Positions 37,401-46,880 are shown, numbered from the stretch's first letter. The stretch: DNA of 64,000 bases from Candidatus Micrarchaeota archaeon (GCA_964392435.1 CAYMOY010000002.1:247261-311260); one strand, 5' to 3'. The notes: a model not told the origin generated them from the letters alone. Numbers and translations are program-made.

Positions 37401-38570
37401 AAGATGCGCCAGGAGCAACAAGAGCTTTCTGACGCGTTTGCAGACTATTCTGACTTCGATGCGGAAAATGCCAGTGCCGGCCTGATGCTTTCATCCTCCC
37501 TGCAGGCGGTATCACAGCTGTCAACTGAAGGTATGGTTCAGGCGGCGGCGCAGCTTTCAACATTATCATCGCAACTCAAAGAGGGCATGCTGCAAGCGGC
37601 CCAGCGATTCGAGTCAGGCGACTATGCGGATGCGCTTTCCTTCGCAAGGAAGGCATCAGCGCAATTCCGCTCCTCCTTGTCCGCCCTATCCTGGAAATCG
37701 GCCACAGCCGCATCTGATGCTTATGCTGCGGCGCGCAAGTCAAACCCGAGCCAAAAGAGTTCAAGCTTTGACCAGGCGCAGCAAGAGATAAATTTGGCGC
37801 ACTCCCTATTCTCGCAAGGCAGCCACCTCGAGTCATTCATCCATTCCTCCCGTGCTGTGCGGAAAATCGAAGATGCTCAAAGTGATGCTGCTGCGCAGGT
37901 GGCGTCGGACTCCGCCCGCGCAGAGGTTCTTCGCAGCGAATTTGCGGCCATGCGCGAAAAAACAGCCAATCTCCTGTCAAAATACTCCTCCCAATATTCC
38001 GCGCTTTCCTCGCAAAGCAAGCGGCAGCTTCCATTAACCCCTGCCCAGGCGCAGGCAATGCTTGAAGAAGCGGACAAGGGCGTGGCAGCATCGGCGAAAC
38101 CGAAAACAGATCCGGCCCAAGCCCTGTCTGGCGCCAATTCTTCACTGCAGAAACTCCTTTCGCTGCGCAGCGTTCTTGAAAGCTCGCTCGAATCCTTGCA
38201 GCAGTCCGCTGGCGCATCATTGCAGGTTGCCCATCTTGCCGAGTCTGAGGCGGGCAAAATAGCCGAAGGTTCCCAAGAATATTCTCAGATACAAGAAGAG
38301 GTTTCCCGGGCTGAGGGATTTTACTCAAGCGCCCTTTATGCAGACTCGCTGGTCTCATCTGACAGGGCTATACGCGCAGCCAACCTGCTTCTTGCGAAAA
38401 GCAATTCCGGTTTCGACCTGAAAACCGTTCTTTTGGGCGCAGCCTCCCTGCTTTTCATTGCAGGGGCGGCGTGGCTCTTCCTGCAAAAATCAAGGAAACC
38501 ATCCGAAAAAGGCCCTAAGAGGGGAATACCTAAAGAAGTGCTGCGCCAGGAGAACAAAGGGCAGGGGTAG
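34431..38570 (+). CDS. Large (1379 aa) secreted, C-terminally anchored surface protein
   Basis: N-terminal signal peptide, Ala/Ser-rich helical regions flanking a beta-rich middle, C-terminal TM (TVLLGAASLLFIAGAAWLFL) and basic tail. Confidence 0.8.
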   Translation: MGRWEARLSSFLLLFWLSSLLLAESFTNCVNPAPLDRFWVSPAYTISNPYIYKLGFADFYSFALDNATESLGLENISLASWDSLRYSIPPGEEAEFGAVAKELSQASSSLMAAKEAAAAAHTLSLEAQSSAKNFELSALNLAQFAITMLYSPNSPNFLIFAGAEKFWRLQGIMGYAVNYPQQYASVLANSSDAYERLNAAAMAISLYCQEEYGALKLAGAGSRGYSGAAKESYFHAQAQLSPTSGFCGSSRKKSDSIASYFADRPLTPDFSKIGFGSYLQAVGGAGNSSTISQLFAQYLSLKEANSIMQSEYATAQLRAKISLDSLSNELESLQKEDLNLIGDPQQFSSGGQYLSIGSMFSGINRGLQQAESEKRRAEQSLSESQLAKSQKVLQDYLSTAIALAGESERISSSAANSLSNVRSSAQSAVEMEKAFAEQAISKSELKLGAFTSSLSSAKSMLAASRALDEAKQAYGSAGLAKSLGKKYAAYSSAVDLAVVSMSYADNTGAAQEEDQALQEISSLRNLLDAAQVDGLDVSYEREQIRELESLLRLAGKPLQSGLAESILLSVREKRDSVLLRLSSEYSVLAQDYCSLNEKVLALREQEPMFLPEFDLTGQFFDGCDLDVLAGAGQLKQIKAKLEKLRIETEKRLPSYISYLLAKNAMVQELAEPPVLGAQSGFSAAISTYNPSKFSYAGPISFSVKTSAPLYSSELVSGGGLVDAFPDKEMLTIQISGVQAGQRLSFRFEKKEQPAQKTASFEKCTAASNELAQLEREISFFASRRLPSLALSESAPTGASEAKARYSGSSQNLYSSFSPSETILQGSIGPIDSGQHSLELQYVVANPFSVSSGEPSYQELSNGRRRISRQISLENISTSCGSARVQLSEPFSANDFSATSLGAEKVGSVSFLEYAGGIQASFVVSPLEKGTQPKFIISYVISDQASALSEALAQAELQVLYYNRTRDILLLSQARLLSSQNRTQEALSLLSKMRQEQQELSDAFADYSDFDAENASAGLMLSSSLQAVSQLSTEGMVQAAAQLSTLSSQLKEGMLQAAQRFESGDYADALSFARKASAQFRSSLSALSWKSATAASDAYAAARKSNPSQKSSSFDQAQQEINLAHSLFSQGSHLESFIHSSRAVRKIEDAQSDAAAQVASDSARAEVLRSEFAAMREKTANLLSKYSSQYSALSSQSKRQLPLTPAQAQAMLEEADKGVAASAKPKTDPAQALSGANSSLQKLLSLRSVLESSLESLQQSAGASLQVAHLAESEAGKIAEGSQEYSQIQEEVSRAEGFYSSALYADSLVSSDRAIRAANLLLAKSNSGFDLKTVLLGAASLLFIAGAAWLFLQKSRKPSEKGPKRGIPKEVLRQENKGQG

Positions 38571-38612
38571 CCATCACCTGCAGCAGCAATTCCCGGATAC
38601 TCGCATCGCCAT

Positions 38613-39200
38613 TCATCTTTGTTTAGCAAGTTCAGCTTCCACAACGGCTTTGAGTTTTGGGGTGCCGGTCACCAAGGTGCTGCCCACATGAAAGCTGGGC
38701 GTTCCGCGCACTCCTAGCGCGGTTCCTGATGCCGCATCATCTCTCACTTTTGCAGCAGCCTTTTGGGAGGTTGTGCATATGGAAAAACTGTTGATGTCCA
38801 GCCCAATCTCGGATGCGTATTTTTCCAGGCTTGCATCAGAAAGCTCATTTTGGTTGGCAAAAAGCTTATCATGCATCCGCCAAAATCCTCCCTGCTCTCC
38901 TGCGCACACAGCCGCAATGGCTGCAGGTGTGCTTCTCGGATGTATGTTATTCAGGGGAAAATGCAAAAACTGCAGCTGCACTTCCGAAGCATGCTCTCGC
39001 ACCAGCTCGTCAACAACAAGCGCTGCCCTGCCACAGTAAGGGCATTCAAAATCCGAGTATTCGTATATCACGACTTTTGGGAAGGCCGCCCCCCTGTAGG
39101 GCTTCCCATCAGCAGTCATGCCTTCATTCATTTTCTGGGCAGCACAACCCGAAAACAGCAGCGCTGCGGCAAGCAGCAAGGATAGCAGCAGTTTTTCCAT
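38613..39200 (-). CDS. DsbA-family thioredoxin-fold lipoprotein
   Basis: Lipobox LLFSGC, EYSDFECPYC, HFPL, GVRGTP cis-Pro loop. Confidence 0.9.
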   Translation of the reverse strand: MEKLLLSLLLAAALLFSGCAAQKMNEGMTADGKPYRGAAFPKVVIYEYSDFECPYCGRAALVVDELVREHASEVQLQFLHFPLNNIHPRSTPAAIAAVCAGEQGGFWRMHDKLFANQNELSDASLEKYASEIGLDINSFSICTTSQKAAAKVRDDAASGTALGVRGTPSFHVGSTLVTGTPKLKAVVEAELAKQR

Positions 39201-39386
39201 GGAACAGTTTGGGGCAAACCAGTTAAAACCATTTCCGCCGGGCTGCCTGGGCATAATTTCTGGAAAGTTTGGGCGGTTTGGGGCGTGGGCATGCTGGCAG
39301 CCAACCAAAAATCCTAGGAAGTTCGGTTTGGAAGACTGCGGCCTGCCACATGGGTAATGGGGCAAAAAGCGCAACCCGCGCGCCAC

Positions 39387-40206
39387 TCATTCCGGCTTCC
39401 GGCTCCTCATTTCATGCGCAGCCTCGGCTCTCCAGGCTATCTGCGCAATGGCTTTTCTCATACTGCGCTGCCTTCGGTTTATCACAAGAGGGCGCATCCC
39501 ATCGGCTCTGGAATGGTTTTGGTGCACCTGTTCGGCTATGCCATCCAGTTCTATGAGTTTTTTACTTGCCTTCTGGCAAAAGTTCAGCGTCAAATCCAAT
39601 CCTTTGGCATCAAGCGACCATCCGCTTTTGAGCTTGAAAGAACATTTTTTTTTCAAAAACCAGATATCTTCCCTTATTCAACTCAACCAAATAATCGTAG
39701 CCATCGCCCAGCTGCAAGTAGAGCCTCTCTCCCTCGCCAAGCTTGCGCAAGCCAGCCACAACGATCTCTCCAACAGGCTCACCGCAATCCCTGAGAAAAC
39801 CAATGGCATTTTCCAAACGCAGTGAATCGTAGCGGGGCGCAAGCCCTTCATCCAGCTCCAGCTCCACTTTTGGGTTTGCTTTTTGTATGGATAGCATGAA
39901 ATCGGCAAATATGCGGGATTCCTCCAGGTGCAAGAACTTCCACAAAAGCTCCAATTCGCTGCATGAGAGGGCCCCTATGTTTCTTGAAATGGCTTCTTCC
40001 AAAAGCAGCTTTTCGCTCTTGGCTGGCGTGTAGTTGCCAATAACCTCCCCACCATCTGCCCTAGCCGCAATTTTTTCATCTAAGATGCATGGCAACAGAT
40101 GTTTTTGCAAGGCGAAGAGCCGTCTTTTCCGTACTGCATCGCCCTCATCAGAAACTATCGGGGCGGAGGGCTTGCGGGCAGCAACATGGCTGGTTTGCAT
40201 GCCCAT
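39387..40206 (-). pseudogene. Hypothetical gene apparently split by a frameshift in an A9 tract (39645-39653)
   Basis: ORFs 39610..40206 and 39387..39656 overlap at the homopolymer and fuse if one A is removed. Confidence 0.5.
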
Positions 40207-40295
40207 TTTCCACCACAAAGCTAATTTAAAACAGCATTTCCACCGGCAAATCTCCAGTTTATAAAACTTATTAGGCATAAAAAATAGGTGTGGCG

Positions 40296-41198
40296 ATGCG
40301 TGACCTGATTTCCATTCGCGACCTTGAAAAAAAAGACATCGAATCCTATTTGTCGGAAGCCGTCGAAATGGAGCAATTGCTTGGCAAAAAACAATCCACC
40401 ATTCTTTCAGGAAAGCTCATTGCGAACATGTTTTTCGAGCCGTCCACCCGCACCAACATGTCTTTCCAGGCGGCGGCAAAGCGGCTGGGGGCAAAGGTGC
40501 TCACTTTCCACTCAGGCAGCAGCTCATCCGCAAAAGGCGAAACGCTTGCCGACACCATTCGCATGATGGATGGGTACTCGGACGCCATTGTGATTCGGCA
40601 TCCTATTGAGGGCGCTGCCCGTTTTGCAGCAGACATCGCGGAGCATCCAGTGATAAATGCCGGTGATGGGGGGAACCAGCATCCGACGCAGACGCTGATA
40701 GATTTGTACACTATAAAGAAGTTGAAAGGCAAAATCGGCGGGTTGAACATAACCTTGCTTGGCGACCTGAAGCATGCCCGGGCGATGCGCTCACTTCTTT
40801 ACGGGCTTTCCATGTTCGGCTCGCAAGTCACGCTCTCTTCCCCCAAGTCGCTTTGCATGGATGAGGAAATGATTGTGGAAGTGGCATCAAAATTTGGCGC
40901 AAAACCGGAGCAGACATCGGAAATAAACCTAAAGGAATGCGATGTGCTTTACGTCTGCCGAATACAAAAAGAGAGGTTTTCTGACCCATATGAGGCCGAG
41001 CGAGTGCAAAAAGAGTTCCGCATAGGCGCAAGTCTTCTTGCCGGGGCTGCAAAGAGCATGGCGATAATGCATCCGCTCCCAAAAATCGATGAAATACCGC
41101 CTGAAGTAGATTCAACAGAATTCGCCAAATATTTCGAGCAAGCCAGGAACGGTGTGCCGGTGCGAATGGCGGTGCTGCACCGGTGCATAAAAGGTTGA
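40296..41198 (+). CDS. pyrB: Aspartate carbamoyltransferase catalytic subunit
   Basis: FFEPSTRT, KGETLADT, INAGDG.NQHPTQ, HPLP. Confidence 0.97.
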   Translation: MRDLISIRDLEKKDIESYLSEAVEMEQLLGKKQSTILSGKLIANMFFEPSTRTNMSFQAAAKRLGAKVLTFHSGSSSSAKGETLADTIRMMDGYSDAIVIRHPIEGAARFAADIAEHPVINAGDGGNQHPTQTLIDLYTIKKLKGKIGGLNITLLGDLKHARAMRSLLYGLSMFGSQVTLSSPKSLCMDEEMIVEVASKFGAKPEQTSEINLKECDVLYVCRIQKERFSDPYEAERVQKEFRIGASLLAGAAKSMAIMHPLPKIDEIPPEVDSTEFAKYFEQARNGVPVRMAVLHRCIKG

Positions 41199-41202
41199 TG
41201 CC

Positions 41203-41637
41203 ATGCCTCTTGTTGTTGAGAAAATAAAGGAAGGCACTGTGGTGGACCACATCTCGGCTGGAGCCGGCGGCCGGGTGCTGCAGATTCTTTCGGCGCAATA
41301 CCCGATAAGCGGGGCGGCAGCTCTTATCATAAACGCTCATTCGAAAAGGCTTGGCCGCAAGGACATAGTGAAAATGGAAGGCATTTTTGTGGATGAGAAG
41401 ACAGCCAACAGGATAGCCATAATCGCCCCGGACGCGACGATGAACATCATCAAGGGGGGCAAGGTGGCTGGCAAACACAAAGTGGTCCTGCCAAAAAGGA
41501 TTTGCGGGCTGCTGCGCTGCCCAAACCCAAATTGCATAACCAATTCCGATCTTGCGGAAACCTCATTCTCACCAGAGAACGGGAAGCTTAGGTGCCATCA
41601 CTGCGAGCGCGTGTTCCATCCAGGAGAATTCGTCTAG
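41203..41637 (+). CDS. pyrI: Aspartate carbamoyltransferase regulatory subunit
   Basis: GTVVDHI, KDIVK.E, CPNPNCITN...CHHCE. Confidence 0.96.
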   Translation: MPLVVEKIKEGTVVDHISAGAGGRVLQILSAQYPISGAAALIINAHSKRLGRKDIVKMEGIFVDEKTANRIAIIAPDATMNIIKGGKVAGKHKVVLPKRICGLLRCPNPNCITNSDLAETSFSPENGKLRCHHCERVFHPGEFV

Positions 41638-41650
41638 CAAAGGTCTCAAA

Positions 41651-42004
41651 ATGAAAAGCCTCTTCCTCAAGACAAAGCCCTGCGCCATACTGATTCTTCT
41701 CAAAGACTCGAGCCAGAATTGGTATCCCTCCAAACTCGCCCGTTCTGCAATGTGCTCTTACGTGCATGTGGTCAACCTTCTTTCAACATTGCGCAGCCTG
41801 GGGGTGGTTAGCACCGAGAAAAAAGGAAAACAGAACATGTACAGGCTGACCGAAAAAGGCGCCCAGCTGGCCTCTTCTTTGGACGATTTTTCCAAGAAAT
41901 GCGATGCCGTCGGGGCTGAGGCGAAGTCCCAACAGGCAGCCGCCGCGCAAGCCTCGCAAGAGCCAAAGCAAGCCGAAAAGCCAGCTCCTCTTGAAAAAAA
42001 ATGA
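41651..42004 (+). CDS. Winged-helix DNA-binding protein
   Basis: YPSKLAR...CSYVHVVNLL..L...GVV...KKGK....LTEKG. Confidence 0.8.
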   Translation: MKSLFLKTKPCAILILLKDSSQNWYPSKLARSAMCSYVHVVNLLSTLRSLGVVSTEKKGKQNMYRLTEKGAQLASSLDDFSKKCDAVGAEAKSQQAAAAQASQEPKQAEKPAPLEKK

Positions 42005-42181
42005 GCCGGGCAAATGGTCAAAATCGCGCGCAACTCCCCTTTTTTTGGCAAAGAAGCCATAGCCGGTCCCCCCCTCTCCCTTTCAGTTAAGTCTTTATAC
42101 TTTCCACACGTCTAACATGCGGTGATTTTCTTGCCCGCGCAGAAGCAAACGCCCTCAACCTCACAGCCTGAAGCACAGTCC

Positions 42182-42637
42182 ATGTTGTCATTCATACCAT
42201 CCGGAATCGCGCGCAGCGCAGCCGAGTACCTCTCAGCCAGCGTTGCCGGGGCACTATTGCTGTTCGCCTTTTTCATCCTAGCCGAGGTGGCAATGGTCGC
42301 AGTCAAAGAAGCCCTGCTGGCCATGGTTTTTGTTCCCGTAATCTGCATAATGCCAGTCCTGGCAGGGGCTGCTTCGGCACTGGTGCTTGAAAAGCTCCGC
42401 AGGAGGACAATTTTCATGAAAAACGGGGTAATAGTGGGCGCCGCCGCCGGCTTTTTCGGCGCCCTGCTGGCCGGGTTCGCACTAACTGTCGTCAGTCTGG
42501 TAACCCACGAATCCCCGTTCGGGGAGTTTGTTAAGGACTGGCTGGTCTATGTGGTGCTGCTTGCGACGCTGTTCATAGACATGGTTCTTGGAGCCTTGGG
42601 CGGAGCGCTAGTGGTGAAATTCATAAAACAGCAGTAG
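42182..42637 (+). CDS. Multi-pass membrane protein, unknown function
   Basis: About four Gly/Ala-rich TM helices. Confidence 0.7.
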   Translation: MLSFIPSGIARSAAEYLSASVAGALLLFAFFILAEVAMVAVKEALLAMVFVPVICIMPVLAGAASALVLEKLRRRTIFMKNGVIVGAAAGFFGALLAGFALTVVSLVTHESPFGEFVKDWLVYVVLLATLFIDMVLGALGGALVVKFIKQQ

Positions 42638-42647
42638 CCTCAAGCTT

Positions 42648-43640
42648 ATGCCTTTCCTGCAGGGTGCCTCTTCACAGGCAGGCAGCTTTGATATAGCCTT
42701 AGTGGCAGCCACCATCTCAATACTTCTGGGGGGCATACTATTCGGGGTGGGAATGGGGTTCGGCTTGCGCAGGATACGGCTGGCTGGCGCGGAAGAGGTC
42801 GGGCAGGGTATAATCTCCGCTGCCATGGTTGGCGCTCTGATTTCATTCACCCTTCTTTTAGACTCCCTAACTCCTTCGCTTGTGCCGCAAGGCTCAGTCC
42901 CCCAATGCCCTGGCGTCATCGCCCCGACAAGCTCGCCATTTTCCTATTATGAATGCAACCTGCAGGCGCTGTCCGATTCGTTGCAAAGCCTGGGCTCCTC
43001 CCTTTCCCGCTCCGCGGATATATCAGGGTTTGCAGGCTCCCTGCAGGTTTTTGCAGGGGAAATATCCGCGCAGCCATTCTTTGCCCTTCAGTCTGCCTCC
43101 CAGCAGCTTTCTTCCGCTGCGCAGGATTCGCAAGTCCTATCAGCGCTTTCAGCATCGGAGCTTGAGATTGCCGGCGCAGTCCACGCATGCGCCCTATCAA
43201 TCTTCCTCCCGGCTGGCCTAGTGCTGCGCACCTTTTTTGCCACCCGGAGGCTCGGCGCAGCCGCCATGGCGCTTGCGATATCCGCCTACATGGTCTATCC
43301 TCTGCTCTTTTTGCACACCTTTCAAATAAGCAAGGCAAACTCCTCTGCGCAGCAGGCGATTGGCGCAGCCTCGCAATTCAATGCCGCTTTTGCCTCTCTC
43401 CCGCTTCTGGATCTCGAGCAAACAGGGGCGGTTCGGGCAAAAATAAGCGAGATGGCGTCGGGGGATTTTCCAGGCAGGGTGCAGCCCCTGTTCCCGCTTT
43501 CTTTCCGCGCCAACTCGCTTGCTCGGGCAGACCTGCTTTTGTATCCGGCGCTTGCCCTGCTGCTCAGTGCGGTCGCAGCCTTAGAATTCTATCGCCTGCT
43601 TTGCGCCCCCCTGTTTCTCCCCCATTTTGAGCCGATATGA
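42648..43640 (+). CDS. Membrane protein, VirB6/CedA-like candidate
   Basis: N-terminal TM hairpin, extracytoplasmic region with a Cys pair, IFLPAGLVLRTFFATRRLGAAAMALAISAYMVYP segment, C-terminal TM. Confidence 0.55.
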   Translation: MPFLQGASSQAGSFDIALVAATISILLGGILFGVGMGFGLRRIRLAGAEEVGQGIISAAMVGALISFTLLLDSLTPSLVPQGSVPQCPGVIAPTSSPFSYYECNLQALSDSLQSLGSSLSRSADISGFAGSLQVFAGEISAQPFFALQSASQQLSSAAQDSQVLSALSASELEIAGAVHACALSIFLPAGLVLRTFFATRRLGAAAMALAISAYMVYPLLFLHTFQISKANSSAQQAIGAASQFNAAFASLPLLDLEQTGAVRAKISEMASGDFPGRVQPLFPLSFRANSLARADLLLYPALALLLSAVAALEFYRLLCAPLFLPHFEPI

Positions 43641-43717
43641 TGTTTCATATGGGACATTATGTTGCAAAAGCTCCACAGCATTTTTAACCAAGGTAGTTCA
43701 CAGCCATCCCGATCAAT

Positions 43718-44200
43718 ATGGAACAAATCAAACAGCCCGCTGCGGCTCAAAACCAGCAGAAACAAAAAGTATTCCTGGTGATGACGGTGCTCAAGGACCC
43801 GACCGGGATAGCCTACCGCTTCTTTTCATCTGAAAAGGAGAATCCTGGCGCCTGGCTGGTCAAAGAAGGGCAGATCGCCGCAATCCAAAAGTTCCCAAAA
43901 GAGCTGGAAAGCGATGTATCAGACTGCAAAATCAGCCAGATTGGGGCGATTGATTTTGGCATTTCCGGCCGCAAGGCTTCATTGCAAAGCCTGGAGCAGA
44001 ACGTTTTCTATCCAGGGCAGGGGCCATCATTTGCAGCCAGGGCGCAAAAGCTCGAAAGCGTCATTCTCGACCTGGCAAACAGCCACCTGAAAAAACAGGG
44101 GATATCCTTCTCATCGGTTGCATATGACAAGGAAAATCCGATTCTTGTGCCCGGGCCGCTGGCGGGCCTCAAGCCGGTGCCTGAGCCTTTGATGGCGTAG
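43718..44200 (+). CDS. Hypothetical protein (160 aa)
   Basis: ORF fills the gap; TTTTTAA box upstream; no motif recognised. Confidence 0.65.
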   Translation: MEQIKQPAAAQNQQKQKVFLVMTVLKDPTGIAYRFFSSEKENPGAWLVKEGQIAAIQKFPKELESDVSDCKISQIGAIDFGISGRKASLQSLEQNVFYPGQGPSFAARAQKLESVILDLANSHLKKQGISFSSVAYDKENPILVPGPLAGLKPVPEPLMA

Positions 44201-44212
44201 GTGAAGGTCCCT

Positions 44213-44686
44213 CTAAAATGCCTTTTCCAGCATCGAAAGCGCTTTTTTTATTTTTTCAAATGAAGAATCCATGCGCTGCCTGTATACGTGGGCCAGCCCT
44301 GCAGCCAAATCGTCGTTTTCCTGCATGGGCGAAGGAACGAATCGGTAGCGGCGCTTTTTAGTTTCAATTATCCCAAGCTTTTTCAGCTGCAGCAAATGGT
44401 AACGGACAGCCTTGGGGTTCGGCTCGCCCTTTCTTATCTGGCGCACCTTTTCAAGTATCTGGTGTATGTCCGGGTCGGTGCGCGTCTCCTTCTTCTCGTG
44501 GTGGAAAAAGAGCAGCGCCTCAAGAACCTCCAAAAGCCCGGTTCTTGATTCGCGGGGGGAAATCAGCCCCAGGGAAAGGGCAAGATAGCGCACCAGCCCC
44601 TTGCGCGTGAGCTTGACCTCCTCCGACAGCTGCAATTCGCGCACCAGGCACTCCCCGCGTATCAGCTCGGACTCAGGCATCTCCAT
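44213..44686 (-). CDS. Putative winged-helix transcriptional regulator
   Basis: SLGL...RESR, KAVRYHLLQLKKLGIIE....YR HTH/wing pattern. Confidence 0.7.
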   Translation of the reverse strand: MEMPESELIRGECLVRELQLSEEVKLTRKGLVRYLALSLGLISPRESRTGLLEVLEALLFFHHEKKETRTDPDIHQILEKVRQIRKGEPNPKAVRYHLLQLKKLGIIETKKRRYRFVPSPMQENDDLAAGLAHVYRQRMDSSFEKIKKALSMLEKAF

Positions 44687-44737
44687 GTTCTGTGTCTGGG
44701 TGCCAAAAGTTAAAAACCGCAGCGTGGATAACAGGGC

Positions 44738-45103
44738 ATGCTCAATCCGTCAACCCATTTCTCCCCAATACGCATGGCAGCCTATGTTAGGAACGAGGTG
44801 GAAATGGAGGTCATTGTTAGGAATGAGGGGGGCCAGCCACGCTGGGTGGAGTGCGATGTTTCCGTGCCAGAAGCGGTTTCTCTTGCGCCAGACCGCTCGC
44901 TTTCAAAGGGGAGGATGCGCATAGGCATTGCTCTTCCAAGCGAAAAAACCAGCAAGAAGATAAAAATCTACGGTGGGGCGAGTTCCTATCCAGACACATA
45001 TCTGGTCAGACTCACGATTTTCGGGTATGGCGCGGATGGGGCAATAGCTGAAAGGTATGACTTGAAGTCCGAGCTTCGCTGCGAGCGGAGCGGAGCCCCC
45101 TAG
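44738..45103 (+). CDS. Hypothetical protein, Ig-like beta fold suspected
   Basis: Alternating beta pattern (VEMEVIVRNEG...YPDTYLVRLTIF). Confidence 0.6.
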   Translation: MLNPSTHFSPIRMAAYVRNEVEMEVIVRNEGGQPRWVECDVSVPEAVSLAPDRSLSKGRMRIGIALPSEKTSKKIKIYGGASSYPDTYLVRLTIFGYGADGAIAERYDLKSELRCERSGAP

Positions 45104-45203
45104 GGCGCTAAAAAACAATCATTCTTAGTTGACAAACCATGCTTGGGGTGTTGGTGCGGCTCCCGCCTTGGCATCCGCATCATTCGAAATCTGAGAAACC
45201 AAT

Positions 45204-45812
45204 TCATATTTTTCTGAGCAAAAGGGGCTCTGCGTGGGACATTATCCTTGAGAAAACCTCATTTTCGCCCGCTGCCGCATCCACAACAGCATATTTGTAT
45301 GATAAAAAGCACCTACCAGACATCTTCAGGTAATTTTTCCTCACAGCTGATAAGAAGCGGGGGTTCTTCTCATGCCTGTCCGGATTTTTCTGCCTTCTTT
45401 TCCTTCTAGCGCCAAGCGCAGGGTCGATGTCTAGGAGCAAAACAAGATCTGGTACGGCCGCGCCCTTGTCCAAAAGCTTCCTTTCCAGCCCGGCGTATCT
45501 TGCGCCCACGCCCTGGTAGGCAAGCGTGGAATGCAGGTACCTGTCGCAGACCACCACAAAGCCAGAGTCAAGCTCACATTTCAGTTTCTTCTGCTGAGCC
45601 ATTATGTCCTGCGCAAACACATCTGCAAGCTTAAGGGGAGGCACCACCTTTTCCTCAGCCAGGTGGGCAAACGCCTCCTTTGCCCGGCTTGTTGGGTATT
45701 TGTGCAACTTGTATTTTACGCGGTGCTGGCGCAGGAAGGAGAGGAACCTGCGTATCTGCGCCCCCTTTCCGGCGCCATCGATGCCTTCGAATACAATGAG
45801 CATAGTTTGCAT
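45204..45812 (-). CDS. tmk: Thymidylate kinase
   Basis: IVFEGIDGAGK, VVCDRY..STLAYQ, PDLVLLLD. Confidence 0.93.
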   Translation of the reverse strand: MQTMLIVFEGIDGAGKGAQIRRFLSFLRQHRVKYKLHKYPTSRAKEAFAHLAEEKVVPPLKLADVFAQDIMAQQKKLKCELDSGFVVVCDRYLHSTLAYQGVGARYAGLERKLLDKGAAVPDLVLLLDIDPALGARRKRRQKNPDRHEKNPRFLSAVRKNYLKMSGRCFLSYKYAVVDAAAGENEVFSRIMSHAEPLLLRKI

Positions 45813-45854
45813 TCTCCCGCTGCGATTTTAAAGAGCTTCCCCCATGTCTTTTCC

Positions 45855-46880
45855 ATGGCATTGGTGCTAGTGACAGGTGCAACCGGCAGGCTAGGCTCCT
45901 CGCTGGTCAATGCGCTTCTTGCCAGGGGGCATTCAGTCAGGGCGGTGGTGCGCCCCCCTTCGCCAGGCGGGCAGCAGGGGGCAGGCGTGCAGCAAGAGGG
46001 GCGGCCCCCAAGTCCAACCGCGGCAGGCTCGCGCCAAAAAACCCTTCCTCCAGGAGTGGAAATAATCGAGTGCGATCTGTCTCAAGCCCCGCTGCCACCA
46101 TCCGCATTCCAAGGGGTGAGTTTCGTGGCTCATGCCGCCGGGCTGGTGGGCGCTCACCATTATGAGAAACTTATGGCCGCAAACGCTTATGCCGTCAAGC
46201 ACCTGCTTTCAAACTGCCCCTCATCTGTGCAAAAAGTGGTGCTGTCAAGCTCAATCTCGGTTTATGGGAATTATGGCGGGCAGCTGGCGGATGAGTCGTT
46301 TGACCTGAAGACAGAAAGCCCGTACGGCAAAAGCAAGCTTATGGCCGAGCAGTTCGCAAAAAGCTACTGCGATTCGCTGCCCATCGTCTTCCTCCGCTTC
46401 GGAATGATCTATGGGCCTGGTTTTGAAGAAGGCTACTTTCCTGTGCTGCGCTATTTGTCGGAGGGCAAAATGATGCTCCTAGGGTCGGCGCAAAACCGCA
46501 TCCCGCTGGTCCATATCAAAGATGCGCTTTCCGCCTTCCTGCTTGCTCTTGACAGGCGCACTTTGCCTTGCCGGGCGTATAACATAGTGGGCGGAGAGCA
46601 GATGACGCAAGAGCAGCTTCTGCGGATGGCGGCATCCGAGCTTGGCGTTCTCCCCCCTCAGAAGCATCTCAGCCCTTCCGCACTTTCGCTTCTCCTCAAA
46701 TTCCAGCGGCTTGCGGGCAAAACCAGCCTGGACCCTGAGAACGTGCGCCAGCTCACGCTGGACCGCGCATATTCTTGCAAAAGGGCGGCATCCGAGCTTG
46801 GCTGGGTGCCCCAAGTAAAAATAGAACAAGGCATGCGCGAAATGGTAAAGCTATATAAAGCCAAAGAGGGGCGAGAATAA
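45855..46880 (+). CDS. NAD-dependent epimerase/dehydratase (extended SDR)
   Basis: VLVTGATGRLG, HAAG, SSISVYG, YGKSK, LRFGMIYGP. Confidence 0.9.
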   Translation: MALVLVTGATGRLGSSLVNALLARGHSVRAVVRPPSPGGQQGAGVQQEGRPPSPTAAGSRQKTLPPGVEIIECDLSQAPLPPSAFQGVSFVAHAAGLVGAHHYEKLMAANAYAVKHLLSNCPSSVQKVVLSSSISVYGNYGGQLADESFDLKTESPYGKSKLMAEQFAKSYCDSLPIVFLRFGMIYGPGFEEGYFPVLRYLSEGKMMLLGSAQNRIPLVHIKDALSAFLLALDRRTLPCRAYNIVGGEQMTQEQLLRMAASELGVLPPQKHLSPSALSLLLKFQRLAGKTSLDPENVRQLTLDRAYSCKRAASELGWVPQVKIEQGMREMVKLYKAKEGRE

